Positions 1 through 8,725 of a stretch of DNA of 64,000 nucleotides are shown piece after piece. Positions within the stretch are counted from its first letter, which is position 1. Every line of letters starts with the position of its first letter. The position numbers and the translations under genes are program-made. The notes below the pieces were generated by a model. That model did no database searches, was not told the DNA's origin, and worked only from the letters and a program-made list of their open reading frames with translations. The DNA is taken from the IMG/VR virus record IMGVR_UViG_3300042691_028414; one strand, written 5' to 3'. This DNA is from a virus. Its lineage: Duplodnaviria; Heunggongvirae; Uroviricota; Caudoviricetes.

Positions 1-883
1 GTGGATAGATTAATGTTCTTGAATAACATGACCCAGAAAATGATGAAAAGTCAGGTAAATTCCTATCAACAGTAATAACATTGTTACAGTACGCAATAAT
101 TCTATATGTCATCATTGGATAACAACTATTAATTGACATATAACAATCCGCCATAGGTGGTGGAGGACACGCAGGTGTGTTTGATGGTGTTAAACAAGGT
201 GTCTTAGTTGGTGTTGGCGTTGGTGTTGCCGAACACACAAATGTATACGTTGAACTTGGTGTTGGGGTTGGTGTCGGTGTTGATGCGACGGACGCTGATG
301 GTGTTGGGGTTGGTAAATTATAACAAGTGTTATTTATATCCCATTTACCGTCATAATATATTGTAATAAAATCACCAACTGAAGGTATTCCCTCATTAAT
401 TAAATTAGAACCAGAATATATTAATTCAACTTGGTTTGTTCCACTTAAAGAACACATATTTACAACATAGTTTGAGCTAACTACATAATTATTGTTAGTT
501 AAAGCACTCCAACTAATTGTGGTTGCACTAGTATTTCCTGAAAAAAATCCTCTTAAAGGAGCTCTATTAAATACAGGTTCAATAACCGAATCCATATAAG
601 GAATTCCATATGTATTACCGGCAGAACCATCTACATAATAAGGGTATTTAACATTTTGTCTATTTGATTGTGGTGAACCAGCACTATTTTGACTATTAAA
701 TGGTGGTTCCAATACCATACTATATGGTTGATTATATGTTGACGATAATGCATTGTACGATACTTCACTATCCCCAACTTGGAAATACGCAATGTTAAAG
801 TTACCTTCAGATAATTTTTGTCTACCTGTATCAGTAACTCTTGTATTGATTAAACCAGATGTATTTTTGAGTATATATGCCAT
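1..883 (-). CDS. Putative virion structural protein, partial (runs off left edge); Cys-rich with Thr-Pro linkers
   Basis: Not in ORF track. ATG at 883, read by eye as MAYILKNTSGLINTRVTDTGRQKLSEGNFNIAYFQVGDSEV..., open to position 1, with TPTPTP runs at about 200-310. TATTTAT lies 7 nt upstream. Confidence 0.8.
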   Translation of the reverse strand, partial: MAYILKNTSGLINTRVTDTGRQKLSEGNFNIAYFQVGDSEVSYNALSSTYNQPYSMVLEPPFNSQNSAGSPQSNRQNVKYPYYVDGSAGNTYGIPYMDSVIEPVFNRAPLRGFFSGNTSATTISWSALTNNNYVVSSNYVVNMCSLSGTNQVELIYSGSNLINEGIPSVGDFITIYYDGKWDINNTCYNLPTPTPSASVASTPTPTPTPSSTYTFVCSATPTPTPTKTPCLTPSNTPACPPPPMADCYMSINSCYPMMTYRIIAYCNNVITVDRNLPDFSSFSGSCYSRTLIYP

Positions 884-916
884 TTGTTATATAAATACTA
901 TGTTTGATATTTTATT

Positions 917-2503
917 TTACCCTACTTTTCCTATCGGTTTATTTATTACGGTTACCGAACAACAAGGACAGTTAGTTAACTTTACATCATTTAAATATAA
1001 ATTATATGAATGTTTTTCAGATAAACAGTGAGTTTCTAAAGGTAGATTCAATATTGGTGTTGGATTACTAATTGTACCACTAACAGTGTCTCCCTGTACC
1101 ATAGTTATATTATCCCAAGTAAATGTTGTAAGTGACTCAACAACAACACCTCCAATACACACTTTATCAGGTAAAGCATTTGATGACCCACTATTAGTGG
1201 TTGTACTATATGGAACAGGAATCATATTTTTATTTACTGTAACCACATTATTCCAAGTGTACGCATTAAATTGAGGTTGTTCTGTAAAATATTTCTCATG
1301 TACTAAATCAAATGAAAGAGTAGTACCTACAGGTAATTGTGGTGAAACCGTAACATTAAATGCGGTTGACGTGGCGTTTAGTGATAATGTTAGTGCATAT
1401 ATTTGAGGTGCTGCCGGTTGTATTAAATTCACAATTTGACTAAATGTTTGTCCTGAAGAGTCTGTAACAATTGTTGTGTATAACCCAGGACATAGACTTT
1501 GGAAGATAGGTTGGTTAGGGAAGAAGTTGAATCCATCTATACTATACTCATATGGTGGAACTCCATCAATAATATTAAATATTATACTTCCGTCACTAAT
1601 ACATCCACCTAAACCATCTTTACGAACACAAGTAGGTTGGTTAACTGTTAATTCATATCTCAATATGTCTTGACTTGCACAAGTTCCTTCACTCATTTGT
1701 ACCGATAATATTGACGGATTTGGTGGTACTGAACCAATAGATTGCCATCCAGCAATAGGTGGTGTAGCTGGATTTAAATTAACTAAACTACCGTATGTCC
1801 ATCCTGACACTTCCCACTGACTTGTACCACTCATCCATACCACATCATAACCTGAAGGTGTTGATGTCCAAGTTGGTTTTCCATTATAATACCCATTATA
1901 ACCAAAATCAATTAATTCAAGATAAGGATCTTTACCTATTCTACCTTCAACAATTAAACATAAACCACTAAATGCCGGTATCGGTGTAGGAGTTGGTGTA
2001 GGAGTTGGTGTTGGTGTCGGACTTGGTGCGGTTAAATAACAAGTTGTTCTTGCGGTAAAGTCACCATAAAAATCGGTAACAACCGCATCATATTCTCCTG
2101 AACCCAAATTTGTTAATGTTTGAGAATAATTACCATTTTCCCATGATATAAAATATGGTGGTGTACCTCCTGTAATATACAAAGATGCCACACCGTCAAA
2201 ACTATTACTTGTTGTTGGATTTTCAGTTAAACATTGTACTCCCAATGGGAATATTGTTATTACATCGCATTCATTTTGATATTTAAATAATCCACCAGGG
2301 CAAACTCCATTAACACAGAGTCCTTTAACTTCAAAATCAATATCTAAACAATTTGTTATTGGATCAAAATTTTCACTACATATATTGTATGTTGTACCAC
2401 TTTGGAATGTTTCTGTTACAGTGTTTCCACTACAATCTTGATAGGTTAAATCATACTGATTAACCTTTGCAAAACTAAATTCTAAACAATAACAATTGGA
2501 CAT
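917..2503 (-). CDS. Structural/adhesin-like protein with SprB-like repeats and a (TP)n linker
   Basis: GGTPPYFISW...LGSGEYDAVVTD and DGVPPYEYSIDG...LCPGLYTTIVTDSSG repeats; PSPTPTPTPTPTPTP linker; Cys-rich; located in fibre cluster. Confidence 0.6.
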   Translation of the reverse strand: MSNCYCLEFSFAKVNQYDLTYQDCSGNTVTETFQSGTTYNICSENFDPITNCLDIDFEVKGLCVNGVCPGGLFKYQNECDVITIFPLGVQCLTENPTTSNSFDGVASLYITGGTPPYFISWENGNYSQTLTNLGSGEYDAVVTDFYGDFTARTTCYLTAPSPTPTPTPTPTPTPIPAFSGLCLIVEGRIGKDPYLELIDFGYNGYYNGKPTWTSTPSGYDVVWMSGTSQWEVSGWTYGSLVNLNPATPPIAGWQSIGSVPPNPSILSVQMSEGTCASQDILRYELTVNQPTCVRKDGLGGCISDGSIIFNIIDGVPPYEYSIDGFNFFPNQPIFQSLCPGLYTTIVTDSSGQTFSQIVNLIQPAAPQIYALTLSLNATSTAFNVTVSPQLPVGTTLSFDLVHEKYFTEQPQFNAYTWNNVVTVNKNMIPVPYSTTTNSGSSNALPDKVCIGGVVVESLTTFTWDNITMVQGDTVSGTISNPTPILNLPLETHCLSEKHSYNLYLNDVKLTNCPCCSVTVINKPIGKVG

Positions 2504-2592
2504 TTATATTCTCTTTTACTATAAATAATCAACTTACCATTTTTTAGTAAATTAATTATAAATAAAGATATTATAGTATTGTAAAAAGTGAA

Positions 2593-4044
2593 TTATGGAA
2601 CATAGTAAATACCACAACCTGTCGTACAATAATAAACAGAACCTGAAGGTAATGGTAATGACGATTCATTTGGTAAATCCATAATTGATAAACAATTCAT
2701 ATATGTCGTATTAGGACAAGAAGTTGCTATTCCATTACCAACAATAAATGAACAATCGTGTATAACCGTATTTCCAGAACCACCTAATATTGACGAAGAT
2801 ATTCCAATTGATGTGTTACATATACCACCACTTATTGTTGAATATGTAGATCCTGTTAATATTGTATTTTGATAACCACCACCAATTGTTGTACTTGTTG
2901 ATCCTGTTAAAATTGTATTACAATACCCACCACTTATTGTTGAATACGAAGCACTTGATGTGTTACTACGACCACCACCTATTATTGAATATGTTGACCC
3001 CGTTAATGTTGTATTTCTATATCCACCACTTACGGTTGAGTAACAAGCACTTGATGTGTTGTATTTTCCCCCACCAATTGTCACATAATAAGAACTTGAT
3101 GTGTTACCCGCACCTCCTACAACTGTTGAAAAATTATTAGTTGATTTGTTAAATGATCCGCCACCAACAAATGAACCATTACCACTTGATGTGTTACCTC
3201 TACCTCCACCTATGGTTGAGCAATCTCCACTTGATGTATTATTTAGTCCTCCACTTACGGTTGAATAATAACTACTTAAAACATTATTAATAGTTAATGT
3301 AACATCATTTGATGATGTACCACCAGGAAAAGTTGTTCCTGTAATAAAAATAGTGTCACCATTACTATATCCAAAACCTCCATTTGTGATTGTAACTCCA
3401 GTTATTGTATTACCACTAACATCAAATGTAAAATCCGCACCAACACCATAACCACTTGTTGTTGTTTGAGAATAAGGTCCGTAAGTCGCATCTGCAAGAC
3501 CTAATCCAGCACTTGGAGTATATGAACTTAGAGTTGAGATAACACCTGTTGGTCCTGTTAAATTATTTGCACCACCCGATATAACACTTCCACAAGAACT
3601 ATTATTATTGAAGGATCCTCCACCAATAAATGAATAAATACCGCTTGATGTGTTGTTACGACCACCACTTACCGTCGAATAAACACAACTAGATGTGTTA
3701 GCCGCTCCACCACCAACTGTTGAGTAATAACTACTCGATGTATTAAGGTATCCACCACTTACAGTTGATTTATTTCCACTTGAGGTATTACAATAACCTC
3801 CACTAACTGTTGAATAACTTCCCGACGCTTCATTATTATTATCACATCTCATTGTTGATCCAATTCCTGCATCCAAAACCATAATTGTGGAACCACTTAT
3901 AGTGTCCATCATCTGACTAACGGTTGCTTTATATGATGAACCCGCAGGATCGTCAGTTATATCTGTCGGAATTACAATATGAATTAAATCATTTAATGTG
4001 ACTCCCGTTGCCAATACTCTGTCTGTAAGTTTTTGATTTGCCAT
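2593..4044 (-). CDS. Tail fibre/spike-like protein with Gly/Ser ~14-aa repeats (short paralog)
   Basis: Tandem ST(V/I)(S/G)GGxxNTSSxxY repeats typical of trimeric beta-helix/beta-roll (YadA-head-like) fibres; N-terminus similar to 5281..8388. Confidence 0.7.
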   Translation of the reverse strand: MANQKLTDRVLATGVTLNDLIHIVIPTDITDDPAGSSYKATVSQMMDTISGSTIMVLDAGIGSTMRCDNNNEASGSYSTVSGGYCNTSSGNKSTVSGGYLNTSSSYYSTVGGGAANTSSCVYSTVSGGRNNTSSGIYSFIGGGSFNNNSSCGSVISGGANNLTGPTGVISTLSSYTPSAGLGLADATYGPYSQTTTSGYGVGADFTFDVSGNTITGVTITNGGFGYSNGDTIFITGTTFPGGTSSNDVTLTINNVLSSYYSTVSGGLNNTSSGDCSTIGGGRGNTSSGNGSFVGGGSFNKSTNNFSTVVGGAGNTSSSYYVTIGGGKYNTSSACYSTVSGGYRNTTLTGSTYSIIGGGRSNTSSASYSTISGGYCNTILTGSTSTTIGGGYQNTILTGSTYSTISGGICNTSIGISSSILGGSGNTVIHDCSFIVGNGIATSCPNTTYMNCLSIMDLPNESSLPLPSGSVYYCTTGCGIYYVP

Positions 4045-4063
4045 TTTTTAATCTATTTTTATT

Positions 4064-5284
4064 TTATAAATAATATAATACTTCTGCGGTTCCCAAAAAT
4101 GTTGCACTTGCACTTAATGGTGTTATACATACCCACATTTCATCAAGTGTTCCATCAACATTAGAACCAACTCTAATTTGATTATCATCCACTTTAATTG
4201 TTGAAAGTGCTGATGATCCTGATTCACCAATTAAAGACGACATAATGTGACCTGGTGATGTTATCGTTGTTGTAACAGTCCCATTATATATTGAATATTG
4301 AAATGGTGAATTTGGTATATCTGTCCAACTTGGAGTTGCAGATAATGTAGGATTAAATTCAATAGTCACTAAGTAATTATCATTTGAGGTATTTAAAATA
4401 CTCAAACTACTATATTGCGATGTCACTGATTTATAACTTGGTTTAAGTCTATAACCAATATATGGATATTTTGTACCTGACGAATTTAAATCTGCAGTGG
4501 TTGAGTTTATAACTCCTACAGTGGAATATAGTCCGTTTAATGCTCCTTCGGTTGATACTTGTGAACATATCATATCAAAACTTCCTGAACCAACACCAAC
4601 TTGTCTTATTTCATACCTTATTGGTTGATTTGGTGATGACATATAAACATTTGGTTCGTTATTAGCACAATTATGTTCGGTAAAATAAATTAATATTCCA
4701 TCTAAATCCAAACCAAATCTCATTCTACCAACACCTAACCATTGATAATCAACTGACATTAAATTAGTGTTAGACCAATCTAAACCTATTGGGTTAAATT
4801 CATTAGTGTTCCATACGGTTGTTGCCGCACTATAAACCGTAGTTCCCGATCTCCATATTTGAAAACTTATTTCGTTTGTTACCCCATTACTTTCTAAAAA
4901 GAACCCATCAAAAACCGAATTATATGTAGATGCCGTTGTTGAGGTGAATCCTCCCACCCTTTTTATGACATTTGTTTCTAACTGAAAATTTGAGAAACTT
5001 GCTTGGAATAATTGACTTTTTCCTGGTTGGTAAATAGGGTGTGTTTTTGATTGTCTTATAACTAAATCATTATTTGCCGCAGTTGACATTCTAACTCTCG
5101 CAAATTGTTGATTAAAAATTGACGTTGCAGTTCCTGCGGTAACCTCATTTACTTGTAATGGATTTTTATCGTATACGTGTTTAATGTCCAATAAATTTTG
5201 GACTGCGGCAGTTCTTAACCTACCAAATGCATCTAAATTTGCACTGTCACTATAAGATACTTGATTATTAAAAATAAAACTCAT
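4064..5284 (-). CDS. Conserved phage structural protein (LDAFGRLR motif), function unknown
   Basis: ORF track 4064..5296. Likely start is the ATG at 5284, overlapping the upstream TGA (ATGA). Beta-rich composition; sits between the two fibre genes. Confidence 0.55.
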   Translation of the reverse strand: MSFIFNNQVSYSDSANLDAFGRLRTAAVQNLLDIKHVYDKNPLQVNEVTAGTATSIFNQQFARVRMSTAANNDLVIRQSKTHPIYQPGKSQLFQASFSNFQLETNVIKRVGGFTSTTASTYNSVFDGFFLESNGVTNEISFQIWRSGTTVYSAATTVWNTNEFNPIGLDWSNTNLMSVDYQWLGVGRMRFGLDLDGILIYFTEHNCANNEPNVYMSSPNQPIRYEIRQVGVGSGSFDMICSQVSTEGALNGLYSTVGVINSTTADLNSSGTKYPYIGYRLKPSYKSVTSQYSSLSILNTSNDNYLVTIEFNPTLSATPSWTDIPNSPFQYSIYNGTVTTTITSPGHIMSSLIGESGSSALSTIKVDDNQIRVGSNVDGTLDEMWVCITPLSASATFLGTAEVLYYL

Positions 5285-8200
5285 ATTATATACCAATTTC
5301 CGTTTCTCACCATAACAGTAAGAGACATATAGTTTATATTCATATCAACATATGAATTACCATCAATCAATCCTGATGCTGGCGTTAATCTTATTCTGTA
5401 TGAACCAGAAGTTCCTGCTTCATCTTTTATCAATAAATAATAACCATCTTTCGATGTTGTTGTCGGTAATGTTAAATCAACATTTGATGAACCACTAACC
5501 CCCCAATAACTTTTATCCCAAGTTAATGTTTGTGATGATGTTATTGCGGAGGTCGCATAATTCAACGGTAATGAAATATCTCTTGATTTAACGACACCTG
5601 TTGATGTATCTCTCACCAAGAAATTTGTATTTGACGGATCAGTATCTGGTGTATTTTGTAATGTTAAATAATTTGTATGGAATGTACACGCTGAAACCGA
5701 TGTAATACCAACACCAAAAGCCGATGAACAATTATGTGTTACGGTATTTCCTGAACCTCCTAAAATTGAAGAATAATTTCCTATTGAGGTGTTAAATACT
5801 CCACCTAAAATTGAGGAGTAGTTTCCTGTTGTTGTGTTATTACTTCCTCCACCAATGAAATTATTACTTGCCGTTGTAGTTCCCGATATTCCACCACTTA
5901 TTACCGAATAATCTCCACAAGCAGTATTGTTAGAACCACCACCAATTGATGCTCCGTTACCTATAAGTCTATTACATATACCTCCAGATAAGGTACCCCA
6001 AACACCATTATTTGTATTTTGTAGTCCTCCACCAACAAACGAAAAATAATTTGATGCAGTATTACGACAACCACCACCTACGGTTGATCCATTACAATTT
6101 GATGTATTACTAATTCCTCCTAATATTGACGAACAATTACCACTTGTTATATTTTGCAATCCACCACCTATTGTTGATCCAACACCTAAAGATCGATTCA
6201 AACATCCACCACCTATTGTCGAATAACACCCACTTGATGTGTTACCTCTACCTCCACCAATAAATGTAAAATAATTTGATGCGGTATTAGTTCTACCCCC
6301 ACTTATTGTTGATACTACACCATTACTTTTATTTTGCGTTCCCCCACCAACGGTTGAATAACACCCACTTGATGTGTTACCTCTACCACCACCTACGGTT
6401 GAGCAATCTCCGATTGATGTGTTACAATAACCTCCACTTACGGTTGATATAAAACCGATTGACACATTTCTTCTACCACCACCGATAAATGAGTATCCCC
6501 CACTTGACGTGTTTAAACATCCACCTACTACGACTGATGAAAAACTACTTATTGTGTTACCACTACCTCCACCAATGGTTGAGTTTGCTGCTGATGCTAA
6601 TATTGTATTTTGTTGTCCACCACCAATGGTTGAACTTGTTGCTCCAGCTAATATTGTATTACAATAACCTCCACTAACTGTTGAAGCTTTACCGTTAACT
6701 TTATTAAAATAACCTCCAACTACTAAACTATAAACATCACACGAAGTATTTCCACAACCTGATCCTATAAAACCACCCGTAGACATATTTGTATTACAAA
6801 CACCCCCACCAATTACTGAGCACGCTCCTAATGATGTATTACCTATACCCCCACTTACCGTTGAGGTATCACCAACCGATGTATTTTGACGACCACCACT
6901 TACTGTTGAACACACACCATAAGATGTGTTACTGAATCCACCTCCAACAGTTGATGCATAACTACTTGACGTATTAGCGTTTCCACCACCGACTGAACTA
7001 TATGTTCCACACGAAATATTTGCTCGCCCCCCACTTATTGTTGATATTTGACCACACGCCCTATTAAATTGACCACCACCTACGGTTGTAGAATCCCCTA
7101 ACGATCTATTACATCTACCACCACCTACGGTTGAATAATATCCACTTGATGTACTACTTGCTCCCCCACTTATGGTTGATCTACCTCCACTTGAAGTGTT
7201 GTTTGCACCACCACCTACGGTTGAATAATAATCGCTTGAAGTATTACTCACACCCCCTCCAATTGTTGAATGTGTTGATCCTGTTAAGATTGTATTACAT
7301 TCACCACCACCAATTGATGAACTTGTTGATCCTGTTAAGATTGTATTACATTCACCACCACCAATTGATGAACTTGTTGAACCAGTTAATATTGTATTAT
7401 TACACCCACCACCTATGGTTGATGTGTCACTATTTGTTTTGTTACTAAGACCACCACTTATGGTTGAATCCGCACCAATTGATGAGTTACAACGTCCTCC
7501 ACTTATAGTTGAATAGTAACCGCTTGAGGTATTAAAACGCCCCCCACCTATGGTTGATTCACTACCAATTGATGTATTACGATATCCTCCACTTATAGTT
7601 GAGTAATAAGTACCTGATGATGTGTTACATTTACCACCACCAACGGTTGAGTAACACCCACTTGATGTGTTACTTCTACCACCGCCAATTGTTGAAAAAT
7701 AATTACTTGATGTATTCCCACTACCACCGCCAATTGTTGACCAGTCACCACTTGATGTATTATAATAACCTCCACTTACGGTTGAGTTAGCCCCATTTGA
7801 TTCGTTACTTTGACCACCACCAACTGTTGATCCACCACCACTTGATGTGTTACCAACACCACCACTTACGGTTGATCTAGAACCGCTTGATGTATTCAAA
7901 CCACCACCACCAATCGTTGTTAAAGTTGATCCTATTAGTATTGTATTGGAGTTCCCTCCACCTATAGTTGAGTTTGTTGCTCCTGTTAAGATTGTATTAC
8001 AATACCCGCCACTTACAGTTGAATTATTAGATGTTGAACCATTTTGTTGTCCGCCACCTACTGTCGAATAACACCCACTTGATGTGTTACAATACCCCCC
8101 ACTTACAGTTGACCAATTACAACTTGATGTATTTACTCTACCACCACTTACAGTGGAGTAGTTCCCACTTGCATCATTATTATTACCACATCTTTCAACC

Positions 8201-8388
8201 GAACCAATTCCAGAACCAACTATCATAACAGATGTTCCACCCGTTAATGCTCCAAGTACTTGCTGAAAACACGCTTTATATGATGATCCAGCAGGATTAC
8301 CTTGTGATAAATCATTAGGATCCACTATGTGAAATAAATCAGTTAAATTAACCCCGGTTGCTGGTATTTGATCCGTTAAAAATGCCAT
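5281..8388 (-). CDS. Long tail fibre-like protein with dozens of Gly/Ser/Cys ~14-17-aa repeats
   Basis: 1035 aa, mostly ST(V/I)(G/S)GGxxNT(S/A)SxxY repeats; C-terminal LTLP...IKDEAG...IDG...NWYII module of the kind seen at phage fibre ends. Confidence 0.75.
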   Translation of the reverse strand: MAFLTDQIPATGVNLTDLFHIVDPNDLSQGNPAGSSYKACFQQVLGALTGGTSVMIVGSGIGSVERCGNNNDASGNYSTVSGGRVNTSSCNWSTVSGGYCNTSSGCYSTVGGGQQNGSTSNNSTVSGGYCNTILTGATNSTIGGGNSNTILIGSTLTTIGGGGLNTSSGSRSTVSGGVGNTSSGGGSTVGGGQSNESNGANSTVSGGYYNTSSGDWSTIGGGSGNTSSNYFSTIGGGRSNTSSGCYSTVGGGKCNTSSGTYYSTISGGYRNTSIGSESTIGGGRFNTSSGYYSTISGGRCNSSIGADSTISGGLSNKTNSDTSTIGGGCNNTILTGSTSSSIGGGECNTILTGSTSSSIGGGECNTILTGSTHSTIGGGVSNTSSDYYSTVGGGANNTSSGGRSTISGGASSTSSGYYSTVGGGRCNRSLGDSTTVGGGQFNRACGQISTISGGRANISCGTYSSVGGGNANTSSSYASTVGGGFSNTSYGVCSTVSGGRQNTSVGDTSTVSGGIGNTSLGACSVIGGGVCNTNMSTGGFIGSGCGNTSCDVYSLVVGGYFNKVNGKASTVSGGYCNTILAGATSSTIGGGQQNTILASAANSTIGGGSGNTISSFSSVVVGGCLNTSSGGYSFIGGGRRNVSIGFISTVSGGYCNTSIGDCSTVGGGRGNTSSGCYSTVGGGTQNKSNGVVSTISGGRTNTASNYFTFIGGGRGNTSSGCYSTIGGGCLNRSLGVGSTIGGGLQNITSGNCSSILGGISNTSNCNGSTVGGGCRNTASNYFSFVGGGLQNTNNGVWGTLSGGICNRLIGNGASIGGGSNNTACGDYSVISGGISGTTTASNNFIGGGSNNTTTGNYSSILGGVFNTSIGNYSSILGGSGNTVTHNCSSAFGVGITSVSACTFHTNYLTLQNTPDTDPSNTNFLVRDTSTGVVKSRDISLPLNYATSAITSSQTLTWDKSYWGVSGSSNVDLTLPTTTSKDGYYLLIKDEAGTSGSYRIRLTPASGLIDGNSYVDMNINYMSLTVMVRNGNWYII
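7274..7380. repeat. Exact 51-bp tandem duplication within fibre gene
   Basis: gttgatcctgttaagattgtattacattcaccaccaccaattgatgaactt occurs at 7274-7324 and 7325-7375, followed by a diverged third copy (TILTGSTSSSIGGGECN x2). Confidence 0.95.
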
Positions 8389-8422
8389 TATTCTTTTTTA
8401 TATATAAATACACTTTAATTCA

Positions 8423-8725
8423 TTATTGGAACTGATAAATGCTATAATCCATAAAGAAGAAGTAATCTCCGTCTTGGAATTGTTTTCCTACAGGTGGTAA
8501 ATTAACGCAATTTAAAACAATAAATCTTTCACAATATAAATCTTTTACTAATACTCCTATTGCTGGTGACATATTAAATTGTGATGGTAATGTAATTGTA
8601 ACCATTGGTGGAATTACAGTATTTACAGTTGCAACTATTGTACAATTATTACCATAAACATCACAAACATATATTTGATATGGTATTGTTAATCCTGTAA
8701 CATTACTTATCACCAATTGTGTCAT
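8423..8725 (-). CDS. Small structural protein (100 aa) ending in FQD-motif tail
   Basis: ORF track; C-terminus KQFQDGDYFFFMDYSIYQFQ resembles the C-terminus of the upstream gene; start/stop overlap at 8725. Confidence 0.65.
   Translation of the reverse strand: MTQLVISNVTGLTIPYQIYVCDVYGNNCTIVATVNTVIPPMVTITLPSQFNMSPAIGVLVKDLYCERFIVLNCVNLPPVGKQFQDGDYFFFMDYSIYQFQ

Noticed and set aside
2593-8388. Diversity-generating retroelement acting on the fibre repeats
   Set aside because: No reverse transcriptase in the window, and no TR/VR pair differing only at adenines was seen; the variation looks like ordinary repeat divergence.
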